Below, piece after piece: positions 20,913 to 30,545 of a stretch of 64,000 nt of DNA. The DNA is from Phycisphaerae bacterium. Its GTDB lineage: Bacteria; Planctomycetota; Phycisphaerae; UBA1845. Below the pieces are notes generated by a model. It saw nothing but the letters and a program-made list of their open reading frames with translations. It ran no database searches and was not told the origin of the DNA. The stretch spans positions 416,001 through 480,000 of the forward strand of contig CAXXGO010000006.1 in the NCBI GenBank assembly GCA_963666835.2. Direction: 5' to 3'. Position 1 is the stretch's first letter, and every line of letters begins with the position of its first letter. The translations under genes and the position numbers were made by a program.

Positions 20913-22796
20913 CATGATCGCCCCATTGCTTCAGGTTTTGACGGGTGGCCCACCTCTTCAGAGGTGGGGGACTCGATGATCCACGTACAAGATCGCGCGG
21001 ACGCATTGCGTACGAGAGATGACAACGTCCGGACACTACACGGGTCAACAAGTTGCCGCATGACACCCCGGTGTCACCATTTGTAGGGCAGGTCGAGGTA
21101 CGAGACCTGCCGCAACGGCACGCCTCGTGCAAGGATGGGTGGCCCATCTCTTCAGAGGTGGGGAAACCGATGATCCACGTACAAGATCGCGCGGACGCAT
21201 TGCGTACGAGAGATGCCAACGTCCGGACACTCCACGGGCCAACAAGTTGCCGCATGACACCCCAGTGGCACCAGTTGTAGGGCAGGTCGAGGTACGAGAC
21301 CTGCCGCAACGGCACGCCTCGTGCAAGGATGGGTGGCCCATCGCTTTAGCGGTGGGGGAGTCGGACCGCTATAAGAGGGCGCGCGAACTCCGCGGCAGGT
21401 CTCGTGCCTCGACCGTGCCCTACCCATGCCGACCGTGTCGTGCGACATGCTGCACGTACGATGCCCGCATTGCGCGAAGCGGAGTAGAGTCAGCCGATGG
21501 GTGGCCCATCTCTTCAGAGGTGGGGAAACCGATGATCCACGCACAAGATCGCGCCGGCATATCGCATACGAGAGACGCCAACGTCCGGACACTTCACGGG
21601 CCAACAAGTCGCCCCATGACACCCATCCGGTACTACTTGTAGGGCAGGTCGAGGTACGAGACCTGCCGCAACGGCACGCCTCGTGCAAGGATGGGTGGCC
21701 CATCGCTTTAGCGGTGGGGGAGTCGGACCGCTATAAGAGGGCGCGCGAACTCCGCGGCAGGTCTCGTGCCTCGACCGTGCCCTACCCATGCCGACCGTGT
21801 CGTGCGACATGCTGCACGTACGATGCCCGCATTGCGCGAAGCGGAGTAGAGTCAGCCGATGGGTGGCCCATCTCTTCAGAGGTGGGGAAACCGATGATCC
21901 ACGCACAAGATCGCGCCGGCATATCGCATACGAGAGACGCCAACGTCCGGACACTTCACGGGTCAACAAGTTGCCGCATGACACCCCAGTGGCACCAGTT
22001 GTAGGGCAGGTCGAGGTACGAGACCTGCCGCAACGGCACGCCTCGTGCAAGGATGGGTGGCCCATCGCTTTAGCGGTGGGGGAGTCGGACCGCTATAAGA
22101 GGGCGCGCGAACTCCGCGGCAGGTCTCGTGCCTCGACCGTGCCCTACCCATGCCGACCGTGTCGTGCGACATGCTGCACGTACGATGCCCGCATTGCGCG
22201 AAGCGGAGTAGAGTCACCCGATGGGTGGCCCATCTCTTCAGAGGTGGGGAAACCGATGATCCACGTACAAGATCGCGCGGACGCATTGCGTACGAGAGAT
22301 GCCAACGTCCGGACACTACACGGGTCAACAAGTTGCCGCATGACACCCCGGTGTCACCATTTGTAGGGCAGGTCGAGGTACGAGACCTGCCGCAACGGCA
22401 CGCCTCGTGCAAGGATGGGTGGCCCATCGCTTTAGCGGTGGGGGAGTCGGACCGCTATAAGAGGGCGCGCGAACTCCGCGGCAGGTCTCGTGCCTCGACC
22501 GTGCCCTACCCATGCCGACCGTGTCGTGCGACATGCTGCACGTACGATGCCTGCGTTGCGCGAAGCGGAGTAGAATCACCCGATGGGTGGCCCATCTCTT
22601 CAGAGGTGGGGAAACCGATGATCCACGTACAAGATCGCGCGGACGCATTGCGTACGAGAGATGCCAACGTCCGGACACTACACGGGTCAACAAGTTGCCG
22701 CATGACACCCCAGTGGCACCAGTTGTAGGGCAGGTCGAGGTACGAGACCTGCCGCAACGGTACGCCTCGTGCAAGGATGGGTGGCCCATCGCTTCA
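20891..22796. repeat. Composite tandem REP array (BIME-like): 194-bp A and 168-bp B modules, 362-bp period
   Basis: A heads at about 20940, 21134, 21496, 21858, 22220 and 22582. B heads at 21328, 21690, 22052, 22414 and 22776 (the last interrupted by the IS). Each module starts GATGGGTGGCCCATC. A carries a forward class-1 REP and B a reverse one. Confidence 0.95.
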
Positions 22797-24644
22797 GGGC
22801 CTGTCGATTTAATTGGCATGGTTCTTGATGGCAGGTGTTCGTGGCCGAGCGTCAGGAAGAGAGGCGTCGCAGGGAGGCAACGAGCATGAGCAGATGGAAC
22901 CGAGCCCCGCTGCCCAGAGACCAAATACTCCTGATTCCCGAGACGTTGGGAGACCGCATCCCCGAGAATCACTCGGTGCGGCTCTTGATGGAAATCCTCG
23001 ATGGACTGGATTGGGCAAGCTGGGAACAACATTACGTTCTGGTGGTGGGGCAGCCGCCGATTCACCCCAAGATCGTGGCCGGGGCGATTCTATACGGTCT
23101 GACCAACAAGATTCGATCGAGTCGGCGTCTGGAGTGGGCGTGTGGTAACGCTGTTGACTTCATGTGGCTGACGGAAGGACGGATCATCGACCATTCGACA
23201 TTCTGTGATTTCCGCACGAGGTTCAAACGAGAACTGAAGGATCTGTTCCGACAGATCGGCCGCGTGGCTATGCAAATGGGATTGATACGCCTGAATCAGG
23301 TGGCGTTGGACGGGACTCGGGTTAAAGCGAATAGCAGTCCACACGCGACGGCCACTGCCAAGACGCTTGAAGAACGATTACGTGTTCTGGACGAACAGAT
23401 CGATAAGTTGCTGGCCGAGGCGGATCAGATAGATCGTCGCGAGAAGGATCTGTTCGGCGACAGCGTTTCGGTCAACACCCTGCCGTCGGAGTTGGGCGAT
23501 CTGAAGAAGCGTCAGAAACAACTTCATAAGGCCTTGGAGGCTGCGAAGAAGATCGACGCCAAGCATAGCAAGTCCCAAAACACTTCGAAACGTAAGGCCA
23601 AGGTTCCGGTGGCCGATCCGGATTCGACGATCATGCCCAATAAAGAGGGCGGCTATGGTCCGAATTACAATCCGGTAGCCGCTGCGGATGATGAGTGCGG
23701 GATGATCGTAGATGGGGACGTGCTCAACGAGATTAACGAAGCGGAGGCCGTAATCCCCACGGCCGAGCGTATTGAATCCGCTTTTGGTCAGAAACCCGAG
23801 CAGTTGGTGGCAGATTCGACGTTCGGCACAGGTGGCAACCTCTCGGCGTTGGTGGATCGCGGGATTAAACCTTTGATGCCTACGGGGACTTCGCGGTTGC
23901 CGGATGACAATCCGGCGGAACGTTCGGACCCGAGTACCCCGGTGCCGGAGGCGGACTGGGCTAGGCTTCCTCGTCGTCGTCAGACGGGAAAGCTGGACCG
24001 CGCCGCCTTCGTTTATCAGCGGGAAGAAGACTGCTATTACTGCCCACAGGGTCGCCGGCTGACGTTTGATCAAGTCAAGACGAAGGGTCGTGAGAACGGC
24101 GCCGATTCGGAATACCGGGTCTATCGGTGTTTGTCATGTGAGGGTTGCAGGCTGGCGGAAGATTGTCTATCCGGCAAGTGCAAGCGGCGAACGGTTTCAC
24201 ATGATCAACATGAACCGCTTCGCCAGAAGGTTGCGGCGCGGCTGAAGACGGCATCCGGTAAGAAGGACTACGCACGGCGGGCGCATCTGGCGGAGACTCC
24301 CAACGCAGTCATCAAGCATGCAATGGGGCTTCGGCAGTTTCTGCTACGTGGATTGGACAAGGTCCGAACCGAGTGGTTATGGGCATGCACGGCCTTCAAC
24401 ATAAAGAAACTGATAGCGATAGTGGGAGCTCTGCGCGCCGACGGTCGGGTCAAAGCCATTTAAGAGGCCTAAAAGGGCTTGCGCGCAGACAAAACCGTTC
24501 TACTAGGGAAGATAGGGGGTCTGATCTGCCAGGGACACCCACGATGACACGGATTGGATGAGGAGAACGTAGCCGTGCAACAGCGCGAGCCGCACGGAGA
24601 TCGCTCACCCATACTCCGTCTGCTGCGACTAAACCGACAGGCCC
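22797..24644 (+). mobile_element. IS1182-family insertion sequence (1848 bp)
   Basis: Terminal inverted repeats GGGCCTGTCGATTTAAT / ACTAAACCGACAGGCCC, flanked by a TTCA direct repeat (22793-22796 and 24645-24648); single transposase ORF. Confidence 0.9.
22886..24463 (+). CDS. IS1182-family DDE transposase
   Basis: PENHSVR...GQPPIHP...SSRRLE...DHSTFCDFR (DUF772-like), ALDGTRVKAN, DPDSTIM...YN, ADSTF, YYCPQG and RR...E...IK..MGLRQF.LRG; GGAGG RBS. Confidence 0.9.
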   Translation: MSRWNRAPLPRDQILLIPETLGDRIPENHSVRLLMEILDGLDWASWEQHYVLVVGQPPIHPKIVAGAILYGLTNKIRSSRRLEWACGNAVDFMWLTEGRIIDHSTFCDFRTRFKRELKDLFRQIGRVAMQMGLIRLNQVALDGTRVKANSSPHATATAKTLEERLRVLDEQIDKLLAEADQIDRREKDLFGDSVSVNTLPSELGDLKKRQKQLHKALEAAKKIDAKHSKSQNTSKRKAKVPVADPDSTIMPNKEGGYGPNYNPVAAADDECGMIVDGDVLNEINEAEAVIPTAERIESAFGQKPEQLVADSTFGTGGNLSALVDRGIKPLMPTGTSRLPDDNPAERSDPSTPVPEADWARLPRRRQTGKLDRAAFVYQREEDCYYCPQGRRLTFDQVKTKGRENGADSEYRVYRCLSCEGCRLAEDCLSGKCKRRTVSHDQHEPLRQKVAARLKTASGKKDYARRAHLAETPNAVIKHAMGLRQFLLRGLDKVRTEWLWACTAFNIKKLIAIVGALRADGRVKAI

Positions 24645-24769
24645 TTCAGCAATGGGAGACCTGCCGCAACGGTGAATATCGCGTAAGGATCACGGCAGGT
24701 CTCGTTCCTCGACCGTGCCCTACGAAGATGCCGCTTGGTTTCAACGCTTCCCACATGCGCATTCGCAGG

Positions 24770-27700
24770 TCATGGGCGACCGTGTTTATTGACGGCATTC
24801 ATCTGCTGGAGGATCAGCACGTATTCGCGATGCGATATCGAGGGCTCAACCAGCATTTCCTCCGCGACGTACAACGTCTCTAGCACGGTTGCCCCGTCAG
24901 GCAGAACCTGTTGCAGGTCCAGCGTACCGGCCGCGACGTTCAGCCAGGCGACAAACACGCGTTGCGCCAATAATCCACGCATATTCGCCGAGCTCGATGT
25001 TCGGCCCGTGCGATCCCGGGCTCTCCCTCTTTTGGTCTCGCTCACGCCGGCCTGATCCGGCTCTCCGAGCTGCAGTATGGCCGTCGCTTCGGCGATGCTC
25101 CCGGCCGCGCATTGCTCGGAGAAATAGGAGCTGGCGAAGTTCACGTAGTCGAGCAGACCCAGAAGCGTCGGATCGTCCTCGCCGGGGTTGATAACGCTGT
25201 GCTTGCCGTTCCCGGCGAACTGGTGACGCCACTGGCCCAAGGTCAGCGGCCGCGTTGTATCGCCCGACACCAGCTTGGCGCGGTCTGCGCCCACCGCGCC
25301 CCCATCATCGTCGGCGACGCCGACACCCAGAACATATACCCCGGGGATTGAAAACGTCATCACGGCCGTGTCATCTGCGGCGAACGGGAACACGCCCGGC
25401 CCGCTGGGGTATGGATCGGGCCCGTGTCCGTCGTTGAAGTGCATGCTCGCGCCGGACTCGACCGGATCCCCAGTGCGTTTATTCGTCACCGTCCAGGCGA
25501 AGCCGAGGTCATCGGATCCGGGATCCGACGCCGAGAACTGGTGGGCTTGCCCGATGCCGACCCGGCCCATAAAGGCCATGGCATCGCGGAAGTTGATAGC
25601 GCCGTCCTCCTCCAGACCGAGCGACGGAACTACATTGACGACCTTGACCTTGAACGTGCCCGCGGCGCTTGCGCCGTCGTCATCGGTGACGGTGACGGTC
25701 ACGGTGAAGTCGCCGTTGTCGCCGTATTCGTGGCCGCCGTGGACTTCACCGCCGCCCTCGGGATATTGCGTGACCATTCCGTTCTCGATCGGCGAGCCGT
25801 CGCCCCAGTCGATCCTCGCGTTGTGCGTGTCGGACACCCCCGCATCGCCAAAGACCACCGGCGCCAACGCAACCAGTCCCCCCTCCTTGACGGTTTGATT
25901 CGTCCCCATCGACTCGATGGTCGGGGCGACGTTGAAAACCTCGGCGCTGGTGGTTGCCTCCGCAACCCCGCCTTCGCTGTCGGTGATAACGAGATCGACG
26001 ATTACCGTCCCGGGGCCGTCGGCGCCGGACGCGTCAAGGGTAGCCGTCCGCGTCGCCGCGTTGTGGAGCACAAACGGATTCGGCGGATCCGCAGACACGA
26101 TGCTCCACGAGTATTCCTCGATAGCCGAGCTCGTGAACTCCCCAACAAACTTCATCGATCTGGGAAAGTCACCTGCGGAGGCTGTGCCGGAGCCCGGGAC
26201 GCCTATTGATATGGAGTGAAGATCACCCCACTCCCGAACAGTACCGTTTCCCGCAAGAGTAAGATGCGCGCCTTCGTAATCCGCCTTCGCGAAAAGGACG
26301 ACGTCCACACCCGGCGGCGCGTACCACCGCACCGATGACGCCCGGTTGTTGAACCCCTTGAGGCTCTCCATCAGTTCATCAACATAATCATCCAGCAGAT
26401 TGACATACTCGGACAGTCGCGTAATCGCCTCGCGCAGATCGGCCAGAAACTCCGGGAAGTTCTCCGCAAACTCCGGGAGGTTGTTGATGTCGAAGCCGCT
26501 GTAGTGACTCGGATCCAAAACGTCGAGCAGAGGCGGGAGCGGGGGCGGCGGTCCCAGCGCGTCCGCGAAACGACCGCACTCGTTAATGGATGACACCAGG
26601 ATCCCGATCTTGTAGGTCAGCACGCCGAGCTTACCAAAGAAACTCCAAGCCGTTGCGTTGAAGTCCGGTATGGCCCCAACGACGCCGCGAATCCCCGGCA
26701 CGGGGGGGACGGCATAACACACGTTGTTGACCCAGACCCCGCGCACCGCACCTATAGGGTCTACATAGCATATGTTCTTCCAATGGCCGCGCTCGCCGCC
26801 GAAGGCGGGAATCAGCGTGCAGTTCTTGGATTCGTTCGGCAATGCCGGACGGCAAGGGCAACCGAATGAGCAGTCCTTATGCCCCTTGACCGCCGGAGTG
26901 GGAGGCCGCACCCAACAGTTGCTGCCGATCGGAATTCCCGGAACGAGCCCGGCAGAGTCAATGAAACACTGCCGCAGGACCGTACCGCGCTCGCCATCAT
27001 AGGGGAGTTTCGACCAGCAGATACCGTCACGCCACCAACCTATGCAGGCATAGTCAATGAAATCCTCCGCGGTGAGGTTCCGGCTGGCCTCGTCGACCTC
27101 CTTGCCGGCAGCAGTTACATCCGCCACGGCCGTCTCGTCGACGCAGACATCGATCCATAGCTGCCCGTCGAGTTCCGCAAAGTCGTCGTAGTCGTCCTTG
27201 ATTCGGTCGACATAGTCAAACATCACGCTTTGGCCTTCGAAGTTTGCGTGCTCGAACACTTGCGCCCACGGGGCTGCGGCAGCCGGAGTGCCTCTCGCGC
27301 CGTCGAGCATAATAGAGCGGCCTTCTTGGACTCGATAGGGGCCGCCCATCTCGAGCGTCGGATCGTATGTGGGACTATCGTCGCGCACCACGTGGATATG
27401 CCGCAGCTCCGCCATCCGAACGGTGGGGTAACCGCCCAGACCCTCGGGACCATCGCTGTAATGAGATACGGCATACACCAACAACTCGCCGGACGGGGTG
27501 ATGTGCGTGGCAGCCCCGGCCAGCAGGTCTGCGTTGGTGTTTTCCGTCTCAGCGCAGGTGCCGCACCAGGGATCGAGCGGATAGTAGAGCGGAGGTATGG
27601 AGCTATCGTTGATGAAGCTGACCGTGCGAGGGGCCTCGAGCTGGGTCACGGTGATCTGATTACCGTCCTCGAATCCCTCGATCTCGTACAGCACCAGGAA

Positions 27701-29266
27701 GTCATCCCCGGGCATGATCGGCGCCCCGACGTTCTCGTTCCGTCCGCCGATCAGAAAGAGACGGCCGTCAGACTGGTTGACCAGGCTGAGGCTCTGGTGG
27801 GAGGTAGTGCCGATGGGCCACTTCCAGTCGTCGTCGTCCTCGTGCCCGGCGGGGGCGCCTTGCAGGTTCTCGTAGTTCCACCAGTCGTGGAATTCGAACG
27901 CAAAACCCTCCTCGAAGAAGCTGGTTCTGTTGGACCGCCAGAAGCCGATCCACTTGCCGGCCTTCATTCCGTGCAGAAGCAGGAAGTGGCCGTCGGATAC
28001 CTGAGTGATCCCGATGAATCCTGCCTCCGCCATGACGTCGCACGTGCCCGGTGGTGGACTGTCGCACGGCGTGCCGTCGGGGCAATCCTCGTCTCCCCAG
28101 CAGGCCTGCTGGGTCTCCCGGCACGCGCCGTTGCACTCGTCGTCAGTGGCGCACGGTAGGGCATGGTCCTCCCCGCCGTTACAGAACGTCGATTCGTCAA
28201 GGTCTCCGCCGTAGACATTGATAGTGTGAATCAGCGTTGGATTGGCCGGGTTCGACGCATCGAAGAAGAGTATGCGCCCTCCAGGCAAGTTGCGGCACAC
28301 GCCGTACTCCGGGCAATCCTCATCATCGTTACACTCGCTGCCGGCGTTATCTCCACCGTCGCAGAACTTCTTGAAAACACAGGTACCCCCGCCGGGGCAG
28401 CCGTCGTTGAAGGTGCACGGCAGACCATCGCCGTCTCCGCCGTTACAGAGCGCAACGGCCGGACACGTGCCGCCGGGACAATCATCATCTGCGTCGCATT
28501 CCGCGCCGGCGTTGCTGCCGCCGACGCAGGAACCGAGCAGCTCGCAAATGCCGCCGGGGCAGCCGTCGTGGGGTGAGCAGTCCTCGCCGTCCCGGTCGCC
28601 ACCGTCGCAGAAGTTGAGGTCCTTACGCGGACCCTCCAGCGGCACGGCCAGGATGTCGCCGACCATCTGCATTCCGCCCGGGTGTCGGTAATTCGGGGAC
28701 ATTATGTTCTTGACGACGATGTCGTTAATAGACGGTGGTTCCGTACAGCTTGTTTCGTAACCACGCTTGAGCCGATTCGACCGTAGCCGTTCACCGTCCT
28801 CGTCCCGCGAGTACATCTTCACGACCATTATGTTTGCGTCGGAAGGACCGGTCTCCGATTCGGAATCCTCGAAAGACCCAGCGCTACACACGTAGAAGTA
28901 TGGAACACCTATTCGAGGAGAACGAGCAATGCCCTGGATGTGGTTCCCTCGCCCGGTGCAGAATCCGTCCCAAGCTGCGGCCGGGAGGTTCTCGCGTACC
29001 GGTGCCCCGGCTCCGTGGTGGAAGCCCATCCACTCACCATGATGGGGCAGGCTATCAAACGCCTGAACGACATCGTCCACCGTTCTGTTCCGCTCGCTTA
29101 CCGGAGGGCCTGCCACAGCAGGTAAGCCGTACACCGTGAGTGCCGTAAGCACCAACGCGCTGCGAAGCACAGAAGCACCCTCTTTTCGCCCGAGCAAACC
29201 CGGTACAGCCCCTGCGCTCGCAGAATTGCTGCGCCGCGCACGACCAAACGTTCGTCCCGCCTTCAT
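24770..29266 (-). CDS. Large secreted multidomain protein: propeller-like N-terminal domain with Cys-rich inserts, split beta/gamma-crystallin, PKD/Ig-like domains
   Basis: Signal-like segment; C.GG...G..C..D.DC repeats; VFEHANFEG and FNNRASSVRW...LFAKADYEG crystallin motifs; IDWGDGS...HEYGDNG.FTVTVTVTDDDG (PKD). Confidence 0.8.
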   Translation of the reverse strand: MKAGRTFGRARRSNSASAGAVPGLLGRKEGASVLRSALVLTALTVYGLPAVAGPPVSERNRTVDDVVQAFDSLPHHGEWMGFHHGAGAPVRENLPAAAWDGFCTGRGNHIQGIARSPRIGVPYFYVCSAGSFEDSESETGPSDANIMVVKMYSRDEDGERLRSNRLKRGYETSCTEPPSINDIVVKNIMSPNYRHPGGMQMVGDILAVPLEGPRKDLNFCDGGDRDGEDCSPHDGCPGGICELLGSCVGGSNAGAECDADDDCPGGTCPAVALCNGGDGDGLPCTFNDGCPGGGTCVFKKFCDGGDNAGSECNDDEDCPEYGVCRNLPGGRILFFDASNPANPTLIHTINVYGGDLDESTFCNGGEDHALPCATDDECNGACRETQQACWGDEDCPDGTPCDSPPPGTCDVMAEAGFIGITQVSDGHFLLLHGMKAGKWIGFWRSNRTSFFEEGFAFEFHDWWNYENLQGAPAGHEDDDDWKWPIGTTSHQSLSLVNQSDGRLFLIGGRNENVGAPIMPGDDFLVLYEIEGFEDGNQITVTQLEAPRTVSFINDSSIPPLYYPLDPWCGTCAETENTNADLLAGAATHITPSGELLVYAVSHYSDGPEGLGGYPTVRMAELRHIHVVRDDSPTYDPTLEMGGPYRVQEGRSIMLDGARGTPAAAAPWAQVFEHANFEGQSVMFDYVDRIKDDYDDFAELDGQLWIDVCVDETAVADVTAAGKEVDEASRNLTAEDFIDYACIGWWRDGICWSKLPYDGERGTVLRQCFIDSAGLVPGIPIGSNCWVRPPTPAVKGHKDCSFGCPCRPALPNESKNCTLIPAFGGERGHWKNICYVDPIGAVRGVWVNNVCYAVPPVPGIRGVVGAIPDFNATAWSFFGKLGVLTYKIGILVSSINECGRFADALGPPPPLPPLLDVLDPSHYSGFDINNLPEFAENFPEFLADLREAITRLSEYVNLLDDYVDELMESLKGFNNRASSVRWYAPPGVDVVLFAKADYEGAHLTLAGNGTVREWGDLHSISIGVPGSGTASAGDFPRSMKFVGEFTSSAIEEYSWSIVSADPPNPFVLHNAATRTATLDASGADGPGTVIVDLVITDSEGGVAEATTSAEVFNVAPTIESMGTNQTVKEGGLVALAPVVFGDAGVSDTHNARIDWGDGSPIENGMVTQYPEGGGEVHGGHEYGDNGDFTVTVTVTDDDGASAAGTFKVKVVNVVPSLGLEEDGAINFRDAMAFMGRVGIGQAHQFSASDPGSDDLGFAWTVTNKRTGDPVESGASMHFNDGHGPDPYPSGPGVFPFAADDTAVMTFSIPGVYVLGVGVADDDGGAVGADRAKLVSGDTTRPLTLGQWRHQFAGNGKHSVINPGEDDPTLLGLLDYVNFASSYFSEQCAAGSIAEATAILQLGEPDQAGVSETKRGRARDRTGRTSSSANMRGLLAQRVFVAWLNVAAGTLDLQQVLPDGATVLETLYVAEEMLVEPSISHREYVLILQQMNAVNKHGRP

Positions 29267-29507
29267 TAGTACTGCCTCTTAGAAGTGTGAAACCGTTCGT
29301 GAATCCCGTTTCCGGGATTCCCGTCGCATAATCTGCTCAACGGCCATTGTACCGACCGGAACCGCTCGACCGCAAGGAGAATCGGCTTTGCTCGTTGAGG
29401 GTCCACCCGTTCGTCCGGCCCGCCAGGACCGACGCGCACAAGTTCGGCCGTTTCAGGGATCGCGCACGGAAGGCTATCTGGACCTGTCAGCAGGCGCCTC
29501 GCGGCGG

Positions 29508-30545
29508 TCAAAGCAACGTGGCCGCCGTGGATTTGGGGTCTACCGCGTCGCGGAGGCCGTCGCCGAGGAAGTTCAACGCTAACAACGTCACTACCAGCAT
29601 GCCGCACGGGAATACGAGCAACCACCAGAAACCCACGAAAGTATTGACGGCCTCCACCCCGTCTGCGGCCAGGCGACCCAGCGACGGGACCGGCTGTTGG
29701 ACGCCAATACCCAAAAAGCTCAAGAACGATTCCTGCAGAATCGCCTGCGGAACGACCAACGCGGCATACACCACCATCGGCCCGGCTAAGTTCGGCAGCA
29801 TGTGCCACCGGAGAATGTGCCACGAACCCGCCCCGGCCACGCGAGCGGCATCGACGAACGGCTGGGTCCGTAAAGAAAGAACCTGACCGCGAATCACCCG
29901 GGCCATGGTCAGCCAGCTTACTCCCCCAATCGCAATCAGCAGAATCACCAGATCGGCCGCCTTAGCATGCCCGGCCAGGAGCGTCGTCAGTGGGCGGGTC
30001 AAGGCGATCTTCAACAGAATGACCATCAGGATGTATGGCAGTCCATACAGCACATCGACAATGCGCATCATCACCGTATCGATCCGCCCGCCGAGCAGTG
30101 CGGCCGTCGCCCCCCAAGCCGTACCGATGAACAGTGACATAACCGCCGCCGCCAGACCGATGGAGAGACTCACCAGGAAACCCGGTAACAGGCGATAGAG
30201 CAGACTGCGCCCCAGATCATCGTGCCCCAGCCAGGATGACGCCCCATGCGCCCAAGCCTCGCCCATGCCGGCCGGCGAACCGTCGAGGTAGTCGGTCGGC
30301 ACCGATTCGTTGGGAGCATAGTGCGCATAAGACGTTACCGGTGACAGCGCCGGGGCATGGCGCACCGCTTGATCGAGTTCCTGAACGTTGTACCAGCGTA
30401 ATGAAAAGGGGAGAGTCACCAAGCCGGTGAGCAGGATCAGGCCCAACAGCACGGCCCCAACCTGGGCGGGGCGGTGCCGTCGAAAACGTCGCCAGGCGCT
30501 ACCGGGTGGGCTGACGTTTTGGTGAGTTGTTTCCGTTGCCATCAC
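29508..30545 (-). CDS. oppC: Oligopeptide ABC transporter permease OppC/DppC
   Basis: WRRFRRH, WLGHDDLGR, ARVIRGQVLSLR, FVDAARVAGA, ESFLSFLGIG and NFLGDGLRDAVDP. Confidence 0.9.
   Translation of the reverse strand: MMATETTHQNVSPPGSAWRRFRRHRPAQVGAVLLGLILLTGLVTLPFSLRWYNVQELDQAVRHAPALSPVTSYAHYAPNESVPTDYLDGSPAGMGEAWAHGASSWLGHDDLGRSLLYRLLPGFLVSLSIGLAAAVMSLFIGTAWGATAALLGGRIDTVMMRIVDVLYGLPYILMVILLKIALTRPLTTLLAGHAKAADLVILLIAIGGVSWLTMARVIRGQVLSLRTQPFVDAARVAGAGSWHILRWHMLPNLAGPMVVYAALVVPQAILQESFLSFLGIGVQQPVPSLGRLAADGVEAVNTFVGFWWLLVFPCGMLVVTLLALNFLGDGLRDAVDPKSTAATLL

Noticed and set aside
21045..22889. Repeated 183-192-aa ORFs within the array
   Set aside because: They are by-products of the 362-bp repeat, shift frame in each unit, and have no RBS or protein-like composition.
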